From Oopsacas minuta (Eukaryota > Animalia > Porifera), in NCBI GenBank assembly GCA_024704765.1, contig JAKMXF010000155.1, positions 124,001 through 188,000 of the forward strand: a DNA stretch of 64,000 nt, in the 5' to 3' direction. The notes beneath the pieces were generated by a model. It searched no databases. It worked only from the letters and a program-made list of their open reading frames with translations, and was not told where the DNA came from. Shown piece by piece: positions 1 to 12,667 of the stretch (within the stretch, counting starts at the first letter, position 1; each line of letters opens with the position of its first letter). The translations under genes were made by a program, and so were the position numbers.

Positions 1-237
1 TATTGTTGACCGTTTAGAAAATTTTCTGGCCTTAATGCTAAGTCATCAGACATATTTCTACATTTTGATGACATTTTCATAATACACCAACGCTATACTT
101 TCGAATAGTAACAATATTTTTCTCTAGCTTTATGAAAGTCGGTCAAATAAACGATTGAAGTGAATAAATTTTTAGTTCGAATTGACTGCTAATTTATTCT
201 GCGTCTATATCTCACCTATCGCCTAGTATAAATATAA

Positions 238-492
238 TTAAATTCAGTCGGATTTGGGTTAAGGAACATGAGTTTGAACTGACCCTACTTTATGAGAATA
301 TGATTCATCCCTACCACTCTCACTCCAACTTAAAATTTGAATTCCTCTAGCTCGGCGACTTGTTAATATTATTTAATTAAATTAACTTTCATAAACGTCC
401 ATATGGGCAAAGTATGCATAGAGAATTTCAGAACTTCTGACTTTTAGGTTGGTAAATTCAATGGAGACGTGACTCTAAAAATTCTGACCAAA
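238..492. repeat. Dispersed non-coding repeat; inverted copy at ~21613-21877, fragment at ~28870-28905
   Basis: Shared blocks CATGAGTTTGAACTGACCCTACTTTATG, CCCTACCACTCTCACTCC and GCATAGAGAATTTCAGAA...TCTGACTTTTAGGT are found reverse-complemented at 21.6-21.9 kb. Confidence 0.7.
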
Positions 493-1039
493 CTAGTAAC
501 TAAAAGTAAAAATTTTAAATCAACATATTGCGTAAACGTCCAACTCTCCTCCTTCCAAAGATACTAATTTCGTTTAAATCTGATGAGTATAAGTGAGTCA
601 AATTAGTGACTGAAGTCACCTCTTGTTGAACTTTCTGCTAACTTCACATTCGCTAATTGACTAACTCAAATACTAAGTTGTATAATACGCATATAACATA
701 TAATACGTAATATGTGATCTATTGTGTACGTATTATACGTCTAGATTAATCACGAAATAGAAGATTTTGACATTTTTAGACTTGCATATATCACATAATT
801 ATCAAGTATTATAAAATTTGGTCAACTATGCTGATTTTTCTAATTAACAATTCGAGAACCTCTATTTTTATGTGAAATATCGATTGCAGAAATCATCCCA
901 ATTGAAGTTACGTCACCAAAAATTGTAGATTGAATGTATAACACGTAATACATCTTCATTAAAAGACGTATTGAACAACTTAGCTCAAATATATAGTACT
1001 TATAAATATCCTGAGAAGTGAAACTGTTTCCTATTGACG

Positions 1040-2150
1040 AATCTTGCTATTTTTACTGTTAAATTTATAAATCTGAGACGAAGAAAGTCGTCTAAATGTG
1101 CATCGGTTAATCTTGATAATATCTGTTCACAGATCTAAGTGCTGCCAAAAGCAAATATCATCGTTTTGTAACATTTCATATAACATACCTTGATAAAATT
1201 ACAATGTATTAACTCATTATGCTTTCACTTAAGATTCTTGTTGGCTGTAGATCTATAACTTCTATTTGGAAATACTCCGGAAGACTTCAACATCGACAAT
1301 TAACGGATATGAAAACAGAAGAATATATTATGAGATTGCATCAAAATCTCCAAACATCTCTATGAGTGATTCAAAACAGCTCTTGCCAATGAATCGGCAA
1401 ATGGTACTGATACTGAGTCATCTTGACAACTTGGCCAAGTTTGAATTTTACAAATTGTAAGTAGAATGCTGTTTTGAAATATAGTCAATTTGGGATCAAA
1501 ATAAGGTCATAAAAATTTCATTAATTAGCCCTCCGTTACCTAGTAGTCTCAAGTTCGGATCATTAGAATATTGTGTGACATCTGCAAGTAAGGTCAGCTG
1601 CCACACCAATTTTCCATCCCATAGTTCATCAACTGGAATCCCCGATCTAGTCATGAAATTGCACATTTCTCTACGCAACTTGCAAATCAAACACGACACT
1701 TTTTGTACACTTTGTATGCAAAAAACTATCCATTCCATTTATCGTTCTCGACCTCTTTCTATCTTACGCATTTTCAGTAAAGACATTTTAAGTTGAATGT
1801 TAACTAATACGTATTTGAGAGACTTGAGTAAAGAATCATAAAATTTATGCAAAATTTGTGTGATTATGTTAATTGGCTTGGTAGAGATTCAATTTCTATT
1901 TGTAATTGTACTAAGCCATGAAAGTGTATGTTTGCAATCAACGTCTCCCAGTTTAAATACACCAAAAACAAATCGTAAATCATTACTATTCGAATTCGTT
2001 GTCCATCTGGCTGCGTTTGATTAACCTCATTGATGAAGAAATGGAACCAGACTATGATCAAAATATAGCTTGGTGGAGATACAGTTATTAAAATAGAAAT
2101 CGGTGTAGACAAGGTTTATCATGATCGTTAACTGCCTCTTTCCATCTTAG
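1040..2150 (-). mobile_element. Decayed hAT (SPIN/GTF2IRD2-like, Buster group) transposase remnant
   Basis: ORF 1496-1738 reads EMCNFM..DELWDGKLVWQLTLLADVTQYSNDPNLRLLG (hAT LAFL.DIT.HLN.LNL.LQG region). Near 1080-1150 the minus strand gives FGST*ICEQ and SRLTDAHLDDFLRL (C-terminal dimerisation region). Many stops; ends not resolved. Confidence 0.6.
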
Positions 2151-2474
2151 CAGATTCATTTTGCTTATTAAATTTCTTTGAATGCCCCTAATACCTATTC
2201 AATTAAATCCATCATATTAAATATAAAATGATTTCTCTGCTATTTGAGAAGATATTCTTCTACTCTGTGAGAATTCTTAAAAGCTAGGGGATCAGTTCAA
2301 TGAACCACTTGAACCCCTATTCCCGCAAATGCCTATCTACTAGTGTGCCAGCAAACTAATATTTTTTGGTTATTCAATACATATACAATTCGTTGAGAAG
2401 GGGTACACACTTTTGAATTGCGGGGCATAATAACACACATGGATAGCAATTAAAATTGCAAGGTGGACTGGAGC

Positions 2475-2646
2475 CAGGGTTGTATCAATTCATTTTAAGT
2501 TGGCAAAACCACTCATTTTCTTGAATGAGTTGATGCATTGGCAATTCGAAAATGAATGATTTGATATTTAACAAATTAAATGAGTTGGAAGAGCAGTAAA
2601 TGAGTAGATAGAACCAACCCATTTTCTTAAAATGAATTGTTACAAC
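2475..2646. repeat. Short inverted-repeat element, possible degenerate hAT MITE
   Basis: GTTGTATCAATTCATTTTAAG (2479-2499) is inverted relative to CTTAAAATGAATTGTTACAAC (2626-2646); left end begins CAGGG; no TSD found. Confidence 0.35.
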
Positions 2647-2918
2647 AAAGTCAAATCTTAAAAATGGGCTGATTCAACAAGTCATTTCTTCAATGAGCTG
2701 GTAGAACCGACTCATTATTCCATAAGGGTTGAATGAGATGAATGAGTAGTAACCAAATTGAAAGAGTAGCTACAGCCCTGATTACAACAGGAAGAAATGA
2801 TAACAATATAATGTTTTCTGAACCGCAATAATGGTTAAATATTATTCGACTAATCAACAAAAATATTTTAGTGATTTGGATGAGTGTAAAATAACTTAGG
2901 GCACACACATACACGAAA

Positions 2919-4166
2919 CTATTCACATTTATAAGAAGCACGAAATTTTCTCTCTATATTCTCAGTGTGAGAGAGAATATGGGAACTTTTAGCATCATAT
3001 GAGAGATGAGACAAAAATTCTTGACAGAATCCCCAACCACAAATTGTTAAGTTGTCACATTCTAACATTTCAACATGCTCTTCCAAAAGGTGTTTTTGTA
3101 ATTGTTGCTTTGTTGCAAAACAAAGTTGACATTCAGACCAAAAACATTCAAAATATGATGTTAAATCAAGTTCCATTGCCATTACGGCACCATCTTTACT
3201 TCCAGTATATAAGACTTTATTTTTCACTACCATTGAGAAAAGCTGATCTGAGTAACCAATATATGTCAAAAGCAGTTCGGCTGATTGTATATGAAAAATT
3301 CGAATTTTTTTATCCAAACAAGCAGTCAAAACAACTGTTAACAAAACTTGTATGCTACTTACAGGCAAAGAATGCCCTAAATATTTATGTATAAGTATAC
3401 CCTTGTGTACATCATATGCAATAACGGATCGGTCAACCGAAGCACTATAAAGTATATCACCTCTGAAATACAAACAAAGTATAGGTCCATTATGCATTGT
3501 GTGCTTTTCCAGGAAAGTACAATATTGCTCACCCTCTTTTAGTGATGATTGGGTCTTATAAATAATAATAGTGGAATCAAAAGAACCAGTAAAAATATAA
3601 TTTCTAGTAGAAAAAATATAACTTACTGCTTTTGGTTTGTGGTGGGCTAATCGAACCAAAAGAGTATTATTGGTTAAATTCACACATGGCATAACACCAG
3701 AACTCAACCCAACGAAAAGAACTTCAGAATAAATAGACAAACACATTATCTGTGCTTCAAATGTAAATACACACAAACATTTAGTTGTAAATATATCATA
3801 ACATCGAATAGTTCTATCACTAGAACCTGTAAACAAGCGTTTAGATCGAAATTTGGGGAGGAATATCTCAATACAAGTAACAGGATGCTCATGGCCACAG
3901 TACGTAGAAACATGACAGCCAGTAATTATATCATATCTGTAGCAATACCAATCAGCGGAAGCAACAAATAGTGAGTTACCAGATAATTTCAGAGCAAGAA
4001 TTGATTTTTTGTCAATGTTAGACCTGATTTTACCTAGGAAGATAGACTTTTTTCCTTGAACCAAATTCGAAACTTGATTCATCTCTGAAGGATGAGTCTG
4101 CTTATGTATAAATAAATCTTTGGAAATTGGTTCTGAACTAACAAGAGGTAATATATTTTGATTCAA
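2919..4166 (-). CDS. WD40-repeat protein with C-terminal C2H2-type zinc fingers; 3' part of a ZNF106-like gene
   Basis: 415-aa stop-free frame with several GH...WD-type repeats (GHEHPVTCI, FTGSSDRTIRCYD, GHSLPVSSI, YTGSKDG) followed by CFWSECQLCF...LQKHLLEEH and CGWGFC..H...H. No ATG at the frame start. Confidence 0.8.
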   Translation of the reverse strand: MNQNILPLVSSEPISKDLFIHKQTHPSEMNQVSNLVQGKKSIFLGKIRSNIDKKSILALKLSGNSLFVASADWYCYRYDIITGCHVSTYCGHEHPVTCIEIFLPKFRSKRLFTGSSDRTIRCYDIFTTKCLCVFTFEAQIMCLSIYSEVLFVGLSSGVMPCVNLTNNTLLVRLAHHKPKAVSYIFSTRNYIFTGSFDSTIIIYKTQSSLKEGEQYCTFLEKHTMHNGPILCLYFRGDILYSASVDRSVIAYDVHKGILIHKYLGHSLPVSSIQVLLTVVLTACLDKKIRIFHIQSAELLLTYIGYSDQLFSMVVKNKVLYTGSKDGAVMAMELDLTSYFECFWSECQLCFATKQQLQKHLLEEHVEMLECDNLTICGWGFCQEFLSHLSYDAKSSHILSHTENIERKFRASYKCE

Positions 4167-4189
4167 CTGTCCAGAATAATCAAATTTCT

Positions 4190-5194
4190 CTATGGAAAGA
4201 ATCTCATTGGGACGATTTTAACACCATGTGTAGATCTTTCTGAAATAGAGTGTATAGATGGATGATATATAGGCAGTATTTCAAAATTTTTAGGTTCAAC
4301 AAACACGCTGTTACATGGGATTATACTAGCATAATGAATTTGGAGTATTTCTTTTTTCTTACTAAGTAGAATATCTAACACTTTAGAGAGCGTTTCAAAA
4401 CTAGACTGAAAAATATTTTCTTTATCACTTAGAACAAACAATTCATCAGAAAGATGTTTACGAAAATTTGTCAAATTATGATGGGCTTCTAATAAAGAAA
4501 CTAAACTTTCTTGTACAAGTTCTTCTAAAACAAGAATTTGCTGGAGATCTAATTCCTGCAATTTACTGTTAGAGATTTGAAGAGAGGATAACAATGAATG
4601 AATTGCTGTATATTCTTTTATAGAGCTAAATTTTAAGTTAGAAAACAGGCATGTACTTGTATTTTTATAGGAAATTTCCGAATTTGAATGATTAATCAAA
4701 GTATTCAGAATATGGGTAGGATCAAAACATGGGTTCAGTTCTAAGCCTTCATTTGTAAATGAAAATTCACAATTGGAGCGTTTGTGCTTACATATATCTC
4801 GGAAACATAATTTCTCTTGAAAAATTCCAAAATCATCATTTAATACGGAAAAAAGGATAGGTTGATACCATATAGGTAAATCACCAGCTAAATGATCAGA
4901 CATTCTAATACTCGAATCGAAAGATCTATTGAAATAGCAATTGTACTTATCAAAGGATGTAAATAAATTTATGATTGGGTTACTGAGAGTTTTTGCACTG
5001 GATGCATGGCAATATTTCCCATTAATAATGAGACCTTGAAATGAGTGAAATATCGAGAGGTTAAGCAATGAATAATGTGGAATAGAATCATTGTGAGTTG
5101 AAACATGCTTGCAAAGTTCAGATAACGTAGGAAATGATGCGAATAAATTTTCTTTATCAAAAATAATTTCATTATCGAAAGAAAGGTTTGTCAT
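4190..5194 (-). CDS. 5' part of the same ZNF106-like gene (coiled-coil region)
   Basis: 334-aa ATG-initiated ORF. The heptad-rich segment ESLVSLLEAHHNLTNFRKHL...LLSKKKEILQI resembles, from memory, the coiled coil preceding the WD40s in ZNF106. It abuts the WD40 frame with a one-frame shift. Confidence 0.6.
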   Translation of the reverse strand: MTNLSFDNEIIFDKENLFASFPTLSELCKHVSTHNDSIPHYSLLNLSIFHSFQGLIINGKYCHASSAKTLSNPIINLFTSFDKYNCYFNRSFDSSIRMSDHLAGDLPIWYQPILFSVLNDDFGIFQEKLCFRDICKHKRSNCEFSFTNEGLELNPCFDPTHILNTLINHSNSEISYKNTSTCLFSNLKFSSIKEYTAIHSLLSSLQISNSKLQELDLQQILVLEELVQESLVSLLEAHHNLTNFRKHLSDELFVLSDKENIFQSSFETLSKVLDILLSKKKEILQIHYASIIPCNSVFVEPKNFEILPIYHPSIHSISERSTHGVKIVPMRFFP

Positions 5195-7149
5195 AAAGCA
5201 GAAATAGAAGGGTATAGGGAAAAAGAGATATGCTAATATATTCTGAATAAATCAAGCAACTAAATAAATAGAAATAAAGTTGTGGTATTAGGAATTATAA
5301 TAACTAAATTGAAATTACGGTGACATTCCCGACATAACATTATGTTATTCAAATGAGAATAGATACAATTCGTGGTATAAGTTTAGAATGAACAACACTG
5401 TGCGAACCTTGAAAGGCGTTACTAGTAGCTCATGATTAGCTAGAAGCGGTCCGAAATTTCTAACCGCGGCCCAGCCCGAGACCGCAATATTTAGAAAACC
5501 AGGCCCGCAGCCCACGATTGAATTATTAGGCCCGCCAAAAGCCCACAAGAATATTTTCGGTCTGCAAGAGGCTCGCGAAAACAAAAAATTTCTACAGGGT
5601 TAAATATTCAACTCCAATATGTCTATCATTAATAACAGGTCAGGAATAATACTTAGGAAATCCTTGTATGAATAAGACTTTTGGAAACTGATGAATAAGT
5701 GTATCTTACTCTGCCAAAGTTCAATTTGCTTAGAAGTATTCCAAATTGGTAACTCGTGACAATTAATAACAGTAACCGGAGACTACGGAGTTGTGCGAAG
5801 CATGGAGATTACAATGGGAACATTTCCCTTCAAGACCACAGCCGTCGACCGGGCAGACTAGCATGCAACTCCGAGCTAATCTAGGTTGGAAAAAGGGAAT
5901 AAGCGTAAACTAAAATGCCATGTTACACGTTATTAGGAAAGGTTTTTGAACTGTTTACGTTGTTCCAAGGTACCCATTTATTAATATCAGTGCTTTCCAA
6001 ATTGGAGTCCATGGATACCTTGGTTCCCAAGGTCGATTGCTAGGGCCTACCATGGTCTAGTTAATATGCCTGTTTCTTTGCAGACCCCTTTTAGATACCA
6101 AATTTGGTATGTATACTGGGAATGAAGTCTAGTTGAGCACCTGGCATTTGAAAATTCTGATGTATATATTTACACATCTTTTGGAGAAGGTTGCATCCGA
6201 ATTTCGCATTTTCAATTTTCCGACATGTAAATGTATTGCTTTTTATTAATATAAAGTAAAACAGATAGAGCCGCCCGGGTTTTGCACGTCTGTAGGAGAA
6301 TGTTTATACATATTTTCATAGAAGGGACGCTTTCGGGGGCGTCCCATGCGTTTATCATTTCGAAGACAATCTAGTCCTTGAGATGTTGTAGGAGACAATC
6401 CAAGATAGGTGGAGTGCTCGAGAATCACTGATAAGTTGGATTAACTGGTGTCTGAGAATAAGATTTAGATTGAGGGGAACATAAGGGCAAGGTAGCATCC
6501 AGAGAAGGCACAGGAAGTTATGAAATATAGAAGATATCTTCTGAATCTGATCTGAGGCAGTGCAAATTATGTAATTGATTGGAAGAAACTAAGATTAGAC
6601 CACATAAACACATTTTGAATCATGTCTGGAGAATATTCAATATAAGCAACCCTGGGAAAATATTCACAATTTCCTTTTGTGCTCAAAGGCTATTAATTGG
6701 ATTTTAATGATTTGTTTTGATTTGATTTGAACATATTCAATGTTTGAATTGATTTGATTTGAGATTTTCAAACATTCTTAAAATGATTTGAACACGATTT
6801 GAAGAATGATTTGCAAAATGTTCCCAACTTCTGTAATTTCGATTTTCATTTGTATTTAAGGATTCTAATCAATGTGACGTAATGACAATTTATTAGTAAC
6901 GCTTAAGAAAGTTATAATAACAAATAACCATTGACTATTATTAACAACATATTTATGCTTTGATGTCTAATTTAAATGAAATCTCGAATAACAGAATAAT
7001 ACAGGTAGCTTGGAGTGGTAATCAAAGAACAAATCATAATCATTATCTATTAAATTCAAGTTCCTATAACATCAATAGAAATATTTTTGAAGACTTTTCC
7101 TAGCAACAGTATTAGAATGCTTGAAGACTCCTATGATGTAACTCTATAC

Positions 7150-9467
7150 TAGTGTTTCTCAAAGTGAGACGTAGAGCCCACTGGGGCGCTGAAGGGTTGT
7201 AGGGGTGCAGCCACGCAGCAAGGGGGCGCTGGGGACGCATTGTGAGTTATAGAAAGCAAAACAGAGATACGACCTCACGTCAAAAAATTGATATCATATT
7301 CCTCATTATTCATTAACAATAGGTGCAAACAAATACTTCAATGATCAAATCCATTTACAATGGTAATACTCTTGGTGATTATTAACAACAGCTAATCCTT
7401 AAAAACGAATGAAAAATTCTTTTGTCACAATGTCTATGGCTTTCCTAATCGAAATATAATTATCACTGTTCTTCAAACAAATGTAAACTTCGTAATAGTT
7501 AGTAATTTGTTTAATTTCAACATAAATACATACGTAGAAATCTAAACAGAAAGGAATTGATAAACTCGATCGAAGAAATGAATAGTAAAAAGAAGTGTAG
7601 ACAGTATAGTGCTGATTATTTCAAATACGGATTTGTTAAATCTCCTCCAATGAACAACTCCCAATGTGTTTGTTGTGCGAACAAGTTGTTTCTAATGAGG
7701 GAATGAAGCCATCAAGAATGATTGATCATATGAAATCGCGCCGCAGTGATAAGGGAGAGAAAAATGTGCAATTTTTCATTAAATTGAGGGACAGCAGCAA
7801 AGCAATGGCCTAATCTTTGGAAATAGATAGACAAAACATTGATGGTTTGCTTGTCTCCTATAACAATTCGTTACTAATTACAAAATCTGGTAAGCCACAT
7901 ACAATTGGTGAAAAACTCATTTTACCTGCAATCCGGGAAGCAGTTACAACTGTTATGCATTCAGATGGGCGAAGTGTGATTAAGTCCATTCCGTTAAACA
8001 ATGGTACTGTGGCTAGGAGAATAAATTTGATGGCTATTGATGTTGAGAAAACACTATACCGTGTACTTAAAACAACGGAATTTTCTCTTCAAATTGACGA
8101 ATCCACATTGCCAGGTTTACGAAGCACTGCTCCTTGCATATGTCCGATATATTCTCGAAGGAATAATGGTTGAAGAAATGTTGTTTGCTTGACCACTAGT
8201 AACTGATACAAAAGGTGAATCTATCTCCAAAGTCGTGGAAAATTTCTTTCAGGAAAAGGAAATTCCAATTAATAATATCATTGCTTGTACAACAGATGGG
8301 GCGCCAGCTATGGTTGGTAGGCATCGTGGTTTCATTTCGTACTTGAAAAAGCTGTGCCTGAGGTTTTCGCTATTCACTGCGTCGTCCATCGAGGACATTT
8401 GGTAGCAAAACATCTAAGTAGTCGCTTGCACAACTCATTGAATATTTTCATTACTGTTATTAATATAATCAAAGCTTCCGCACTCAAGGAAAGAATATTT
8501 CGCCAAATATGTCATACAACGAAACAGAATTTGAACGTCTGCTCTTGCACACAGAAGTGAGGTGGCTCTCAAAAGGAAAGTATCTCAGTCGGTTTTACAG
8601 TCTTTTCGATACTATTTTAGAATCATTAGAGGAAGAGAACCCGCAGTTAATGCAGCTTGTCAGTGCAGCGAAATCAGATGTAGCTTGACTGACATTTTTG
8701 ATAAGTTCAACGCAATGAACTTGCAACTACAAGGCAATTTAGGCACTCTGGTCAAGTGCAAAACTGTTGTCAGCTCCTTCATGGGAAAACTAACGTTATG
8801 TAAACAAAATATCGGTCGATGAGAATTTTACCAGTTTCCTCACCTAGCAGGACTCCAAATTTCAGATGACGATTTGCTAGCATATTGTGAACATCTTGAA
8901 GTACAGAAAGCGGATATGATCAAGCGATTCACTGACTTGTAGGAACTTTAACCGCCTCATTGGCTAATTGCCCCTTTCTGTGTGGATGCTCCAAACAGGT
9001 CCACTCTATTTGCAGGAAGAGCTGATGGACTTGCAAAGTGATTGCGAGGAAAAAGCTCATTTTACAATGATGGGGTATGAACGATTTTGGATTGCAATCG
9101 CAGAACGGAATAAATTTCCCAATTTGTGGAAAGTAGCAAAACTGCTAGTTTTGGCATTTCGACATCCTTTCTCGTTGAGAAAGGTTTTAGTGCAGTCCTT
9201 CAATTATTAACGAAGCAAAGAAACACAGACTAGATATTTCTCAATGCGCAGATTGAAATTGCTGCTAACTGATATGAAACCAGATGTAAATGGGATTATC
9301 GACGAACATCACGCTCAAGTACACGTTTCTCATTAATTGATAAATACTATTTATTATCATTAAACAAATACGAGTGTAGTAAAAATATTTAGACTTTCGG
9401 GAGGGGGGCGGTATCGAGGAACTAGTGTTGACAAGGGGCGCTGTCCGAAAAAGTTTGAGAAACACTG
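7150..9467 (+). mobile_element. hAT transposon, Buster/Charlie (ZBED5/SCAND3-like), inactivated
   Basis: TIRs (C>T)AGTGTTTCTCAAA / TTTGAGAAACACTG; perfect 8-bp TSD CTCTATAC (7142-7149, 9468-9475) with central TA. Frameshifted transposase with SLQIDEST, TTDGAPAM, AIHCVVHR, EVRWLS-like and LQEELMDLQSD motifs. Confidence 0.93.
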
Positions 9468-9589
9468 CTCTATACTAAGGAATGAACAAAATGTAAATAC
9501 TACTTGTTTATACTGTACATTAACAATTCCCATCATGCAGTTTCGCAAGAGCTATTTTTAGAACTAAAAATGCAGCTTTTCAAACTATG

Positions 9590-9845
9590 TTTAAACCATG
9601 TTCTCAATGTTTTAGTGCTTGACAGTTCTATATTCTACCTAAGGCGATTAGTATATTTGAAACTATAGTTGATACGAATTGAATGTGAACACATTCCTGT
9701 GTTGCCAAGGGAACCTGTTTTCATTTGTTTAAGCTATAACTCAAAAACTATGAATGCTATGACTCTAAAATGTATACTAGTTCTATAGTCAAATTCCTAT
9801 CTACTAATAATATAGTTCATCTGCTTTTTCTTCATGCTATTTGAG
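9590..9845. repeat. Left arm of a ~250-bp inverted repeat; partner at ~12100-12355
   Basis: TTAAACCATGTTCTCA..TGCTTGACAGTTCT..TAGTATATTTGAAA..GAATGTGAACAC..AAGCTATAACTCA.AAACTATGAAT aligns colinearly with the reverse complement of 12100-12355. Confidence 0.75.
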
Positions 9846-9883
9846 ATATTTTGACATTTGCTATATAGATGGTAGTCATATAA

Positions 9884-12070
9884 CACAGGTCAACAAATTT
9901 TAACTTCATATTCTCATCAAGTATTAGATTGACATTTTCTAAGCTAGTTTTTTAGGCTGAATTCAAATCTGCTTTCAGATTCTTTCCAACACGTCCAGTT
10001 TTTTTTCCATCTACAAGTCAACGATTTTTATGTATTTCCTAAATTTTTCCTGTTATTTTATGGTAGTGGCTGTCTTTTTGTCTTCTTACATGATAGCCAT
10101 CTGAAATAAATCAAGATGTTTTAGATTAATACCAAGATAATAACAGTGATTATCCTAGCTCTTACATATAATTATTCACATTCATGTATGTATCAACTAC
10201 TCACAAACTAAGGGGAAATACATATCCATCTAGAAGTATAAAGGTAGCTAACTACGAACTTCTTAAAAGTATATCTTGTTGGGTTGAGAGTATCGTCCTG
10301 ATTATCTCTGAAAAGCCTCCAACAGTAATCGGACATCATGCCCTCATTCCAGAAACCTTGGTATCGGGTTTCCATCTCCTGTATGTCTTGGTGGAATCTC
10401 TCACCCTGTTCATCACTTACAGCACCAAGGTGCCCAGGGAGCAAAATCAAACTCTTGTCAGAGAGTTTTCACAAACCCACTAGAATTCCATTTCTAATTC
10501 GGATAGAAAGTTTTCATCTGACGAATATTTGTGGTCCTACAAAAAGTTTTAACTTTGCCACAAACCCATTTGAAAGAATTCCAAGCACGCATTTACTAAT
10601 TCGGATCGGAAAGTCTTCTCGAAATCTGGCAATGAAGAAATCCTGCTACTTGTCAGTTTTGGCCCCCTTTTCTCCTCATGAAATTGCTTTTAAACGAATG
10701 TTTTCATTAATCCAAGTTTAGATGGGAGTGGGGTAAGAAAACTTTGTTTGGATCTACCAATGGCGAATGCTGTAAATTGGTTTTCCCCACTTCATAGGTT
10801 CTCTTCGGCCAATCACATTTTTTATAATGTTCACCAGTTGCTCGGCTGTCCCATAGACATAGGAAACAACAATACTTTGTAAACCTTGTTGCAAGCCCAT
10901 CAATAGCCCGATTATCTTAAGATCACCTCAGATATTCCATATATGTGTTCTATACTGTATTGCCTCCAAAACTTCCTGCAAATTGACGAAGGTTTCTTTG
11001 AGATAGACGAGTGAGCAATTGGAACGCCAGGCTTTAGATTTCCGTTATGCAACAGAACAGCTTTCAAACTGCGTTTTGACGAGTCGATGAAAAGGCGGCA
11101 ATCAAAGGAAGAATGTTCTTGTAATAGGTTTGCATAGAGTCCTTCGATATCATTACAATAGCACAGTGGACCATCAGTGGTGTAGTATTGAGCGAGATCG
11201 AAATTTCGCTTGCGATAGTGGGATACTAGGACATCTTTGTCGAGTAGGTTTTTCTGTTTGAGCCTGGATGCAAGGAGTTCAGCTTTGTCTTTAGATAAGT
11301 CTAGATCCCTGACCAGGTCATTCAATTCTCCCTGTGTAAATGTTTGTGGCTCTAGTAATTCAGCTTCCGGGACATAATTAGCGTCTATAGAATCTGCATG
11401 AACATCTTCCACCATATCAGACCCGATTTTAATTTGCTGTGGCTTGGGAATTGGGATTGGTAATGAGATGTCGTGTGGAATTGGCCTGCGAGCAGAATCC
11501 AAGTCTGGGTAAACAAGAGCGTGCTTATTCTTGGCTGATGAATCCTAAAGTTGTCGATTAACAGACCATGGGTATTGCAAATGGCATTGAAACTTTCATT
11601 TGTTCAACCAATCACGTAGTCCACGTGATAACAAATGTGCCCACGACGTGGGTAACATGTGGATGCTTTCATTCCAAGATCTTTGGCGGTCACCAAGTGG
11701 ACATTCGAAATACAATTTGTATATGTTCTTTAATTGATTTGTGATTGGTCGTCTTTGTTTACGCAAAAAAGACCAAAAACGTAACAGAAATTGTCGGGAT
11801 GAGTTCTACAATTACGATGCATGTTTATAATTTGATTTGCTTGAATTCAAATAAGTAAAGTCATTTATATTCCAGATAATTGAATCAAAATAGGCATGGT
11901 CATATTGCAATTTAGTAACTAGGTAATACTATACTATTGAAAAAATGGATATTGAATTTCAGAATAACTAGACGTGCTAGAGAAATTCTGATTGCAGATT
12001 CGAGCTCAGCATTCAAAAGTATGCTAAGATAAATGTATGTGATCTCTGATGAGAAATCTTGTGAGTTGTT
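9884..12070 (-). mobile_element. Chapaev3-type DNA transposon, inactivated
   Basis: End TAA|CACAGGTCAACAAATTT at 9884. Transposase fragments HPDNFCYV, LDSARRPIPH, DLDLSKDKAELLASRL, LFIDSSKRSLKAVLLHNGN, LGAVSDEQGERFHQDI..ME.RYQG. The other end is degenerate (~12050-12070). Confidence 0.75.
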
Positions 12071-12099
12071 TAATATACGAGAATGTCAAACTAACTTAA

Positions 12100-12355
12100 G
12101 TATCAAGAGAAATAAAATGAAATATATTATTAATGAATAGGAAGTTGACTATTACGAAACTATTGGTATAAAGTTGAGAGACATAGAATTCATAGTTTCT
12201 GAGTTATAGCTTCGAAAAAGAATAACACGATCCCTTAGCAACACAGGAGGGTGTTCACATTCCCTTCATATCAACTATTGTTTTCAAATATACTAGTCGC
12301 CTCTGTAATTATACAGAACTGTCAAGCATTAAAAACACTGAGAACATGGTTTAAT
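12100..12355. repeat. Right arm of the inverted repeat flanking the Chapaev3 element
   Basis: Reverse complement of ~9590-9845, diverged with small indels. Confidence 0.75.
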
Positions 12356-12667
12356 CAAGTGCTCACTAAATTTTTGCAGCCCTGCCCACACTCTGGACAT
12401 ACTGCGTGTAAGTATGAGGCACAAGGAAGGAGGGGGTGACGGTTCGGTTAGGGCCTGCATGTCCCCCCTTAATCTGAATCTATACCTCAGACACCAGTTA
12501 GTTAGTCCAACTTCTCCAGGGATTTTACCAAGCACTCACCTCACTTGGACTGTCTCATACAACATCTTAAGAACAAGATTGTCTTCAGTTGATAAATGCA
12601 TGGGACGCCTTGAAAGCGTCGCTTATATGAAAATATTTATACAACTTGTACACTATCTTTTACAGAT

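Noticed and set aside
2999-3394. 131-aa plus-strand ORF
   Set aside because: Antisense shadow of the WD40 CDS with no recognisable motifs
2919-4166. WD40 protein as a RAG2-like partner of the RAG1-like element
   Set aside because: RAG2 is a kelch propeller plus PHD finger lying inside the TIRs; this is a WD40/C2H2 host gene 40 kb away
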